This document shows, one piece after another, positions 1 to 8,330 of a stretch of 64,000 nucleotides of DNA. Location: contig CAJJCC010000017.1 of the NCBI GenBank assembly GCA_905182585.1, positions 1,873-65,872 of the forward strand. Reading direction: 5' to 3'. Each line of letters starts with the position of its first letter. Position 1 is the stretch's first letter. The notes beneath the pieces are model-generated. The model saw nothing but the letters and a program-made list of their open reading frames with translations. It was not told where the DNA came from and searched no databases. A program made the translations under genes and the position numbers. Source of the stretch: an uncultured Flavobacteriales bacterium (GTDB lineage: Bacteria; Bacteroidota; Bacteroidia; Flavobacteriales_C; GCA-002722245).

Positions 1-454
1 CCAATAAACCAAGAAACAATAAACCAAAAAAGAAATTCACTAGAAATAAAGCCATCGCATTGTAAACTTGATATACAATGCCTTTTGCACGGTAACGAAA
101 GCTTAAAAGTGCAACTTTCCCAAAATAGCCTCCAATCCTGTAAGGTGTAAAAACCGCTGTTGCAACACCCGCTAGTGTACTTTTTATGGCTAATCGATTG
201 GTTACAGGAAACATATCCTGTAACAATAGCTTCCATTTATAAACTTCTGCGCCCCAATTTACAAACATCAACACAATTAATAAAACTACTTTTGGAATTG
301 AAATGGGATGACTAAAAAAGAAGCTTTTAACCTGACCGAACAACTCCACTTTTTCGAAACCAAGTAGGTAAACAAGATAAGTTAAAGACCCTCCGGATAT
401 GGTGATTTTTAAAACCACATTAATGATCGTCTTTATTTGCTTATTTTTGCTCAA
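1..454 (-). CDS. Polytopic membrane protein, N-terminal ~150 codons only (continues past window start); resembles flippase-like/UPF0104 (LPG-synthase-TM type) proteins
   Basis: Not in the supplied track because no stop lies inside the window. Hand translation of the minus strand is open from TTG 454 (alternative GTG 418) to nt 1: SKNKQIKTIINVVLKITISGGSLTYLVYLLGF..LLIVLMFVNWGAEVYKWKLLLQDMF..TAVFTPYRIGGYFGKVALLSFRYR..ALFLVNFFFGLLFLGLL. It has alternating hydrophobic segments and basic loops. The family call rests on remembered motif pattern only. Confidence 0.45.
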   Translation of the reverse strand, partial: MSKNKQIKTIINVVLKITISGGSLTYLVYLLGFEKVELFGQVKSFFFSHPISIPKVVLLIVLMFVNWGAEVYKWKLLLQDMFPVTNRLAIKSTLAGVATAVFTPYRIGGYFGKVALLSFRYRAKGIVYQVYNAMALFLVNFFFGLLFLGLL

Positions 455-490
455 ACTCTTCTAGTAGGACGTAAAGAAAGTAAGATTTTG

Positions 491-1042
491 GTGAAGGAAA
501 AAATCATTTTAGGAGTTGACCCCGGAACAATCGTGATGGGATATGGAATTATTAAGGTAACTGGCTCTAAGATAGAGCTTTTAGATGCTGGCGTTTTATC
601 CATGAAAAAAGAAAAAGATCTTGGCGTTCGACTTAAAATGATTTTTGATCACATGATTAAATTGATTGATCAATTCCTTCCGGATGAGCTAGCTATTGAA
701 GCTCAGTTTTTCGGAGAAAATGTTCAATCGATGTTAAAATTGGGAAAAGCACAAGGTGTAGCTATCGCCGCCGCGCTTTCTCGAGGTATTCCTTTTGAAG
801 AATACGCGCCTAAAAAAATCAAAATGAGCATCACTGGAAAAGGAACTTCGAGTAAGGAACAAGTGGCCGGTATGCTTGTTCATATTCTTAAGGTTAAGAA
901 ACTTCCCGAGCCCTTAGATGCAACTGATGCACTAGCAACAGCTGTTTGTCATTATTATCAATCAAACTCTCCTACTGGTGGAAAAAAGTATTCTGGATGG
1001 GATTCTTTTTTAAAGAATAATCCGGGGAAATTGAAAGATTGA
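491..1042 (+). CDS. ruvC: Crossover junction endodeoxyribonuclease RuvC
   Basis: The track ORF 437..1042 starts at TTG. The in-frame GTG at 491 gives (M)KEKIILGVDPGTIVMGYGII, a typical RuvC N-terminus with the catalytic Asp. The C-terminal ..DATDALATAVCHY motif is present. Starting at 491 also avoids overlap with the divergent gene that ends at 454. Confidence 0.88.
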   Translation: MKEKIILGVDPGTIVMGYGIIKVTGSKIELLDAGVLSMKKEKDLGVRLKMIFDHMIKLIDQFLPDELAIEAQFFGENVQSMLKLGKAQGVAIAAALSRGIPFEEYAPKKIKMSITGKGTSSKEQVAGMLVHILKVKKLPEPLDATDALATAVCHYYQSNSPTGGKKYSGWDSFLKNNPGKLKD

Positions 1043-1080
1043 TTATTTGTTTTATCTGCTGATTATCTAGCTTGTTTAGC

Positions 1081-1408
1081 GGGAAACACCCCGAACCCCT
1101 TTGGAGAGGGAACTAGCTTATGACTTAGGTTTCTGCGACGCAGAAATGGTGAACTTGGTTTGACTATTTTAATTGATTCATTGAAAAAAGTTAGACGATC
1201 TCTTCGACTACGCTCAGAGTGACAAAACACTTACTTAAATAAACACTTCGATTGATTGATTTGTTAGTCCGCCTTTAGTCGTCCTGTCCTTCCGTACTTG
1301 ATACGGGATCTCCAGCAATCAAATTTACCTGAATAACACCGAACAAACCATCTAACTTTGCTAAGTAATTACGTTGTACACTCTCCAAAGTGGTTTGGGG
1401 TGTGTCCC
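1081..1408. repeat. 328-nt element bounded by 28-nt imperfect inverted repeats (MITE-like, or a long structured 3' region)
   Basis: 1081-1108 reads gggaaacaccccgaacccctttggagag. The reverse complement of 1381-1408 reads gggacacaccccaaaccactttggagag, which is 25/28 identical. The 272-nt interior has no ORF but contains hairpins at 1130-1146 (tttctgcg-a-cgcagaaa) and 1290-1308. The arms are GC-rich in an AT-rich genome. Confidence 0.55.
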
Positions 1409-2707
1409 TTAATAAGCGTAAAAAAGATAACTAATAATAATCGCCGCAATTATCCCCGCGAAATCAGCCAACAATCCAGCAACCAAAGCATAACGTGTAT
1501 TCTTAATCCCTACAGATCCAAAATACACAGCGAGTACATAAAAGGTAGTTTCGGTTGAACCTTGAAATACTCCACTTAAAAAAGACGGAAAGGATTCCAC
1601 TAAAACGCCTCCCGATTCTTTTAATGGAAAAGCGTCCATTGATTCTAGCATTGCTGCTCTTGCACCACCTCCGCTTAGCGGCTTCATAATTGCGGTAGGT
1701 AGAGCATCTACAAATTCTGTTGAATTGGTAAATAAACCAATCACCCAACGAATCCCATCTAAAAACAAGTCTAAAGCCCCGCACTCTCTAAACAACCCAA
1801 TAGCTACCAAAATTCCAACCAAATAAGGAATGATCTTAATTGCTGATGAAAAACCTTCTTTTGCCCCGTCTAAAAATGAATCGTAAACATTTATCTTATT
1901 TTTAATACCTAAACCAATAAATCCAATTATAAAGGACATCAAGACAACTCCAGCAATAAGCGTAGACTGGCTTTGAACGTCCTCTTGAGGTAAAGCACTA
2001 AAGTGCCAAATTATTCCAGATACAATTAAAGACAATGTTCCTAAATAAGCGATAACAACAGGTTTTAATAAATTGATTTTTTGAAAAATCGAAACAGTTA
2101 TTATCCCAACCAATGTAGAGAAAAAAGTAGTGATTAATATCGGAACAAAAACATCAGTGCTTTGACTTGCTAACTCCATCCCTGCAAATTCAGGTAAACT
2201 TGCATTCGCCGACAGCTTTTTAAAACGCAAAGCTAAAATAGAAATAGGTATCAGCGTCAATCCAGAAGTATTCAAAACCAAAAACATGATTTGAGCATTA
2301 CTCGCCGTTTCCTTATCGGGATTCAATTCCTGCAATTCCTTAATGGCTTTTAAACCCATTGGAGTTGCTGCATTATCTAACCCTAACATATTGGCACTAA
2401 AGTTCATAATCATACTCCCAAATACAGGATGATTCTTCGGTAACTCAGGAAATATTCTATTGAAAAAAGGAGCAACTAGTCGTGATAAAATTCGAATAGC
2501 GCCACCGTGTTCACCAATTTTCATAATCCCCATCCACAGTGTAAATACACCGATGAATCCAATACAAATTTCAGCGCCTAACTCAGCATCATGAAACGTT
2601 CTTTGAACTAAAGCTGAAAATATATCTACCCCGTTTGCAAAATATTGATACAACGCCATAACGAACGCTATCCCAAAAAAACCGATAAACACATAATTCA
2701 GAGCCAT
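1409..2707 (-). CDS. Nucleoside-recognition (Gate) domain membrane protein, SpmA/SpmB-like fusion
   Basis: 432-aa ORF that is hydrophobic throughout. The N-terminus MALNYVFIGFFGIAFVMAL and overall layout resemble the SpmA/SpmB nucleoside-recognition domain proteins common in Bacteroidota. Confidence 0.7.
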   Translation of the reverse strand: MALNYVFIGFFGIAFVMALYQYFANGVDIFSALVQRTFHDAELGAEICIGFIGVFTLWMGIMKIGEHGGAIRILSRLVAPFFNRIFPELPKNHPVFGSMIMNFSANMLGLDNAATPMGLKAIKELQELNPDKETASNAQIMFLVLNTSGLTLIPISILALRFKKLSANASLPEFAGMELASQSTDVFVPILITTFFSTLVGIITVSIFQKINLLKPVVIAYLGTLSLIVSGIIWHFSALPQEDVQSQSTLIAGVVLMSFIIGFIGLGIKNKINVYDSFLDGAKEGFSSAIKIIPYLVGILVAIGLFRECGALDLFLDGIRWVIGLFTNSTEFVDALPTAIMKPLSGGGARAAMLESMDAFPLKESGGVLVESFPSFLSGVFQGSTETTFYVLAVYFGSVGIKNTRYALVAGLLADFAGIIAAIIISYLFYAY

Positions 2708-3057
2708 GCTGTTAAAATAGTTAAAGCTTTAGGAGGTTTATCAGTATTTTTTCATTCTTAATAACAACTTCCTTTGGAAAACCTCATCTGCTTTTTGAAT
2801 GCTTAAAAAATTAGTTCTCATATTAATCGAGAAATTGTAATTCGGAATTGGTATTTTCAATTAACCGATTTACACTGTGAATAAACATCAAAATCGTATT
2901 ACGATTCCAATAAACTAAAGCGGAAAAAGATCTTACAATTCAATTTCAACCCTTGTATAAAGTGAGTTGATGATTTTTATTTGGCGGAACCTTTTGATGA
3001 ATTTGGTTATGTGTTGAGCATTAACCAAATTTCAAACTGCTTTTCAATTTAAATCAA

Positions 3058-3492
3058 ATGGAATTTACATCCGTAGTATTACTGGACGTCAATCTGACGC
3101 GAATACCCAAATTAACTATAGAGCGAATGAAAATTGGGCGTTTTCATTTAATGACCACAACCAAAAAACGGTTGCAAAAGGGAGTTTTTTTTAATATTTT
3201 ACACCTAGTGGACACTACGTCAATTACTGAGCCGATAATCAACCATAAAATCGAAATTAACAATCAATTAAGAAAAGTTCAAGAAGGCATTAATACTGCA
3301 TTATTTTTTTGGGGGGGGGACTAAACATAATAAGACGCTTAAAACAGAAGGTTTTTTGCAATTCGAAACAACGATTTAAAAGACGATTTAATTAATCAAA
3401 TAACCGATAGTATTATTGAAGTTGATCACACCGGACAAGTTTTAGATACTTTAGGAATAACCAAAACTATTAAGCAATTAGGCTCTCAATAA
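3058..3492 (+). pseudogene. Possible decayed gene of unknown function: 88-codon ORF, then four in-frame TAA codons, then the same frame re-opens for 49 codons
   Basis: ORF 3058..3324 ends just after a T7-G9 homopolymer pair (3304-3319). In-frame TAA codons lie at 3322, 3328, 3331 and 3340. The same frame is then open from 3343 to 3489 (NRRFFAIRNNDLKDDLINQITDSIIEVDHTGQVLDTLGITKTIKQLGSQ) with no start codon. I recognised no family. Confidence 0.22.
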
Positions 3493-3932
3493 TTCACGCC
3501 TCAAAACTATCATCAATTTTCTTTATTTAATGAATACGAGTCTAGAATTTATAATTCAGTAATAAAGTTTTCAGAATAGATAGCCCTTCAATTTTCGGGG
3601 AAATAGTTTAGCTTCTCGCCCTATTTAAAAACTTAAGCATCCCTTATAACTAATACTTGGACTGGAGGGTGGATAAGACATTACTATGGGAATTTAGAAC
3701 CTACTGGAAGCAAAGGTGAGACTTCTAAATTTGGCTTTGATGAAATGCAAATAAAGTATGGAGGAACAATTCAGTTTCAGAAAACGAAACGATAGTGGAT
3801 TAACTCTAATATTAAACTTCAAAAACGAAATTCATTTCAATCCCATACAGACTGTAGCATGCTAAGTTTAGATTTTCAGTTTACTTATCGTTTGATATAA
3901 AAGCGCTTCTTTAAAGAAGCAAAAAGTAGGTC

Positions 3933-3966
3933 ACAAAAAAAGGGACGAATAAATCCGACCCTTTCA
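3933..3966 (-). terminator. Rho-independent terminator after ilvN
   Basis: The minus-strand RNA reads gaaaggg-ucggauuuauucg-ucccuuu followed by a U-run (complement of A-run 3935-3941). It begins about 20 nt after the ilvN stop codon. Confidence 0.6.
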
Positions 3967-3984
3967 CTCAATACTTTAATAAAT

Positions 3985-4545
3985 TTACTTTTTAGGGTTC
4001 ACCAAAAACTTATCCGTTAAACCAACTTCTTCTAACCAAGAGTGAAGGTTTGGCATTGGACGAGCAATTGCGACTCTACCCGAACGAACAAACTCTAAAA
4101 TCCCGAAAGGTTTTAACTTATCAAAAAGCTCTTGTGTTTCTTCCTTATGACCTGTTTTTTCAATTACTGTAAATTCCTGATCAACATAAAGAATACGTGC
4201 AGCATTTTTACGAACCACCATTTCAACATTACTTCCTAAAAGTGTTGAAGATTTAATTTTATATAACGCGATTTCTTGATATACGATTTCGTCCTCACTA
4301 AAGAAAAACGCAGTCATTACATCCACAATTTTCTTTATTTGATTAACAACTTTAACCACCTGATCTTTCGTCACGTGAATTACAATTGTAAAACGGTAAA
4401 TACCTTCAATTTCACTTTCCGAAGTTGTTAAACTATCGATATTTATCTTTCTTCTTGTGAAGATCTGCATTAATCTCCCTGCTAAACCAATGTGGTTTTC
4501 AGCATAAACAGAAATCGTAAATCTTTCAATATTATCTGCGCTCAT
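3985..4545 (-). CDS. ilvN: Acetolactate synthase small (regulatory) subunit
   Basis: 186 aa with an ACT-domain N-terminus (ISVYAENHIGLAGRLMQIFTRRKINIDSLT). It starts 21 nt downstream of ilvB. Confidence 0.85.
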   Translation of the reverse strand: MSADNIERFTISVYAENHIGLAGRLMQIFTRRKINIDSLTTSESEIEGIYRFTIVIHVTKDQVVKVVNQIKKIVDVMTAFFFSEDEIVYQEIALYKIKSSTLLGSNVEMVVRKNAARILYVDQEFTVIEKTGHKEETQELFDKLKPFGILEFVRSGRVAIARPMPNLHSWLEEVGLTDKFLVNPKK

Positions 4546-4566
4546 CTTTTTGAACTTTAATCTTTA

Positions 4567-6270
4567 TTATTTTAATCTACATTCAGCAACACTAGCTCCA
4601 GATGGAACCATTGGGAATACATTCCCTTCCTTTTCAACCATCACCTCCAGTAAGAACGATTCTTTCGAATCTATCATTTCTGTTAAAGCACCCATTAAGT
4701 CTCCTCTTTCAGAAATTGATTTTCCTTTTATTCCGTATGCATCTGCTAGCTTTACAAAACTTGGACTTTCAATAACAGTTTCAGCGTATCTCTTATCGAA
4801 AAACAACTGTTGCCACTGACGCACCATTCCTAAAAATTCATTGTTAAGAATTAAGATTTTTACCGGAATTTTCTCCTGCATAATAACCCCCAATTCTTGT
4901 AGCGTCATTTGAAAACCACCATCCCCAATAATAGCAACAACCTCTTTTTCTGGACGAGCAACTTTAGCACCTATTGCCGCTGGCAAACCAAACCCCATTG
5001 TTCCTAATCCTCCAGAAGTTACGTTGGTGTTCGTATCCATAAACTGGTAATAACGCGCAGTAATCATTTGGTGCTGACCCACATCAGTAACAATAATAGC
5101 TTGCCCTTCTGTTATTTCACTCAAACGCCGAACAACCTCAGCCATTCTAATAGGTCCTTCAGTTGGATTTACATCAGGCTGAACAACTATTTCGTCTTCT
5201 TGCTTTTCTAACTCATTCCATCTAGCAAACCATTCGTCTCTTCCATCCGACTCGATGATCATTGGATCAAGAGCCGTTAAAGATTCTTTACAGTTTCCTA
5301 AAACAGGATAATCAGCTTTTACATTCTTATCTATCTCAGAAAAGTCAAGTTCAAAATGAACAACTTTTGCTTGCGAAGCATATCTGCTTAAATCACCAGT
5401 AACACGGTCATCAAAACGCATACCTACTGCAATTAAAACATCACATTCGTTTGTTAAAAGATTAGGTGCATATGAACCATGCATACCAACCATACCTTTA
5501 AACAATTCATGTTGTGCAGGAAAAGCCGAAGCTCCTAACCAGGTATTGGCTACAGGGATTTTCGCCTTTTCAGCTATTTTTAAAACTTCTTTTTGAGCAT
5601 CACCTAATAACACACCATGACCAACAATCATCATTGGTTTTTTAGCGCTGTTAATAGCTTGTGCTGCATCCTTAACTTGATCTAAACTTACCTCAACAAT
5701 TGGGTTATAGGATCGTACGAACTCACACTTTTTGTACTCAAAGTCAAACTCTGAAAACTGAGCATCTTTTGTAATATCAATTAAAACGGGACCAGGTCTT
5801 CCTGAGTTTGCGATGTAAAATGCTTTCGCTATCGCCCAAGGAATTTCCTCTGCCTTAGTTACTTGAAAACTCCATTTAACAACCGGTGAGGAAATACCAA
5901 TAATATCAGTTTCCTGGAAAGCATCCGTACCTAAAAGGTGAGACGGAACCTGACCTGTAATACACACCATTGGCGTACTGTCGATTTGTGCATCGGCAAT
6001 ACCTGTAATTAAGTTCGTTGCACCAGGACCTGAAGTTGCTATTGCAACACCTGTTCTGTTTTTAACTCTTGCTTCGCCTTGAGCCGCGTGTGTAGCTCCT
6101 TGTTCATGACGAACTAGGATGTGCTTAATTTGATCGCGGTATTTATAAAACTCATCGTATACAGGCATAATTGCACCACCTGGATAACCAAAAACTTTCT
6201 CAACTCCTTCTTCTAACAAACTTAAAACTACGGCTTCTGCACCTGTAACTTTCTTAATTGTTTTTTCCAT
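4567..6270 (-). CDS. ilvB: Acetolactate synthase large subunit (biosynthetic type, TPP-dependent)
   Basis: 567 aa with the TPP-binding motif IIGDGGFQMTLQELG..ILNNEFLGMV and N-terminus VTGAEAVVLSLLEEGVEKVFGYPGGAI. Confidence 0.92.
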   Translation of the reverse strand: MEKTIKKVTGAEAVVLSLLEEGVEKVFGYPGGAIMPVYDEFYKYRDQIKHILVRHEQGATHAAQGEARVKNRTGVAIATSGPGATNLITGIADAQIDSTPMVCITGQVPSHLLGTDAFQETDIIGISSPVVKWSFQVTKAEEIPWAIAKAFYIANSGRPGPVLIDITKDAQFSEFDFEYKKCEFVRSYNPIVEVSLDQVKDAAQAINSAKKPMMIVGHGVLLGDAQKEVLKIAEKAKIPVANTWLGASAFPAQHELFKGMVGMHGSYAPNLLTNECDVLIAVGMRFDDRVTGDLSRYASQAKVVHFELDFSEIDKNVKADYPVLGNCKESLTALDPMIIESDGRDEWFARWNELEKQEDEIVVQPDVNPTEGPIRMAEVVRRLSEITEGQAIIVTDVGQHQMITARYYQFMDTNTNVTSGGLGTMGFGLPAAIGAKVARPEKEVVAIIGDGGFQMTLQELGVIMQEKIPVKILILNNEFLGMVRQWQQLFFDKRYAETVIESPSFVKLADAYGIKGKSISERGDLMGALTEMIDSKESFLLEVMVEKEGNVFPMVPSGASVAECRLK

Positions 6271-6282
6271 TTTAATCTGGTT

Positions 6283-6319
6283 AAAAAAAAGCCTTTCTTA
6301 CTATGTGAGAAAGGCTTTT
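6283..6319 (-). terminator. Terminator-like hairpin plus U8 lying 12 nt upstream of the ilvB ATG (candidate attenuator)
   Basis: The minus-strand RNA reads aaaagccuuucu-cacauagua-agaaaggcuuuuuuuu. This is a perfect 9-bp stem (6291-6298/6308-6315 plus flanking A/U pairs) followed by U8 (complement of 6283-6290). It sits at the 3' end of the 297-nt ilvD-ilvB spacer. Confidence 0.6.
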
Positions 6320-6567
6320 AATTTTATTTATTTCAAAGCAAATCTCAGTCTTAAAAACGAACTTGTGTTCTTAATACAAACTCGACTGATGTTACCTTTA
6401 AATGTCTCATATTTATAAAGTCTCTTATAAAGATATTGATGTTTTAAATGAATCTAAATTCCGATTTTAAATTTTTTAAAACACCCTCCAAGGTTCAAAC
6501 CTCAAAACAAGCACCTAAAAAACTATAAATCAGTAGTTTAAATCAAAAAAAGATACTCCGTTAAACC

Positions 6568-8241
6568 TTATCTATCTGTTAAACATCCTTGAGATGCACT
6601 CCCAACTTGTCGAGCATATTTCCCTAAAATTCCTCTCTGTGGAATTTCTTTCGGTTTCCATAATTTTCTTCTCTCGTCTAATTCTTCTTCAGTAAGATCA
6701 ACATTAAGTACATTTTCGTCAGCATCAACAGTGATGATATCACCGTTATTAATTAATCCGATAACACCTCCTAGTTGAGCTTCAGGAGAAACGTGACCTA
6801 CAACAAAACCGTGTGATCCTCCAGAGAATCTACCATCTGTAATTAAGGCAACATCTTTACCTAATCCAGCTCCCATTACTGCAGAAGTTGGCTTTAACAT
6901 TTCCGGCATTCCTGGTCCACCTTTTGGTCCTTCAAAACGAATAACGATTACATTCCCTTTTTTAACTGTTCCGTCAAGTATTCCATCAATTGCAGCAAAC
7001 TCGTCGTTAAATACAACTGCTGGGCCAACAAACTTAGTTCCTTCTTTACCTGTAATCTTAGCTACAGACCCTTCAGTTGCAATATTTCCATAAAGAATTT
7101 GTAAGTGCCCTTCTGGCTTTATTGGATTTTCAATCTCACGTAATAAATCTTGTCCTTCTTTTAAGCTTGGAACCTTAGCTAAATTTTCAGCGATCGTCTC
7201 ACCTGTTACAGTCATACAATCTCCGTGTAGCAATCCTTTTTCTAACAAGTATTTCATTACTGCTGGTACACCACCAATTGCATGAAGATCTTCCATTAAG
7301 TATTTTCCTGAAGGCTTTAAATCGGCTAAAAATGGAGTGATGTCACTCATTGCTTGAATATCATCCAATGTTAACTCAACATCAACAGCATCAGCCATTG
7401 CGATTAAGTGCATTGTTGCATTTGTAGATCCTCCTAAAGCGATAATAACTCTTAATGCGTTATCAAATGCTTTACGAGTCATAATGTCTCTTGGAAGAAT
7501 ATTCTTCTCCATTAAGTTTCTAATCGCAGGACCAACTTCTGTTAATTCTTGCTCTTTTTCAGAAGAATTAGCAGGGTTAGATGAAGAGAAAGGCATTGAC
7601 ATTCCTAATGCTTCAATTGCTGAAGACATTGTATTTGCTGTGTACATACCTCCACAAGCTCCTGCTCCTGGACAAGAGTTTTTGATTATTCCTTTATATT
7701 CTTCATCAGTAATCTCTCCTTGTGCTTTTTGACCCAAAGCCTCAAAGGCAGATACGATGTTTAATTTTTTACCACAGTAATTACCAGCACTAATAGTACC
7801 TCCATAAACAAGGATAGACGGACGATTTAATCTTCCGATCGCCATCATTGCTCCAGGCATGTTTTTATCACAACCTACAACAGGAACTAATGCATCATAA
7901 AACTGAGCACTCATTACAGTTTCGATTGAATCTGCAATAATATCTCTAGATACTAATGAGAATTTCATACCTGTTGTTCCGTTTGAAATCCCATCAGAAA
8001 CACCAATTGTATGAAATATTAATCCAACTAAATCAGAAGCATTTACACTTGCTTTAATCTCTGTTGCAAAACCGTTTAAGTGCATGTTACACGTATTTCC
8101 TTCCCAACCTGTAGAAGCAATACCAACTTGCGCTTTATTCATATCATCATCCGTTAATCCTACTCCATACAACATAGCTTGTGAAGCTGGTTGAGTTGGA
8201 TCCTGAGTAACTGTTTTACTGTGTTTATTTAATTCCGACAT
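6568..8241 (-). CDS. ilvD: Dihydroxy-acid dehydratase
   Basis: The track ORF begins at TTG 8268 ([10 protein letters not shown]..). The first ATG at 8241 gives [24 protein letters not shown], a typical IlvD N-terminus. The Fe-S region [14 protein letters not shown] is present. Confidence 0.9.
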   Translation of the reverse strand: MSELNKHSKTVTQDPTQPASQAMLYGVGLTDDDMNKAQVGIASTGWEGNTCNMHLNGFATEIKASVNASDLVGLIFHTIGVSDGISNGTTGMKFSLVSRDIIADSIETVMSAQFYDALVPVVGCDKNMPGAMMAIGRLNRPSILVYGGTISAGNYCGKKLNIVSAFEALGQKAQGEITDEEYKGIIKNSCPGAGACGGMYTANTMSSAIEALGMSMPFSSSNPANSSEKEQELTEVGPAIRNLMEKNILPRDIMTRKAFDNALRVIIALGGSTNATMHLIAMADAVDVELTLDDIQAMSDITPFLADLKPSGKYLMEDLHAIGGVPAVMKYLLEKGLLHGDCMTVTGETIAENLAKVPSLKEGQDLLREIENPIKPEGHLQILYGNIATEGSVAKITGKEGTKFVGPAVVFNDEFAAIDGILDGTVKKGNVIVIRFEGPKGGPGMPEMLKPTSAVMGAGLGKDVALITDGRFSGGSHGFVVGHVSPEAQLGGVIGLINNGDIITVDADENVLNVDLTEEELDERRKLWKPKEIPQRGILGKYARQVGSASQGCLTDR

Positions 8242-8265
8242 ATTATTGATGCTTTTATGGTGGTG

Positions 8266-8273
8266 CAAATTTA
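8266..8273 (-). promoter_or_regulatory. Candidate Bacteroidota-type -7 box (TAAATTTG) for the ilv operon
   Basis: The reverse complement of 8266-8273 is TAAATTTG, matching TAnnTTTG, 24 nt upstream of the ilvD ATG. No clean -33 TTG was found. Confidence 0.25.
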
Positions 8274-8330
8274 CAAACTTCGAATGAGTTAACAGACTAA
8301 ATTTTACTGATTAATGGTAAGACTTTTCAA

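Noticed and set aside
2708-3932. I considered that this gene-free stretch is a decayed ilvC, or that it hosts a known structured RNA (RNase P, tmRNA, SRP RNA, or a riboswitch).
   Set aside because: Minus-strand translations are stop-riddled with no reductoisomerase-like motifs. I saw none of the conserved cores I know for these RNAs (for example GAGGAAAGTCC for RNase P, or a tmRNA tag plus tRNA-like end). This cannot be excluded without a cmscan run.
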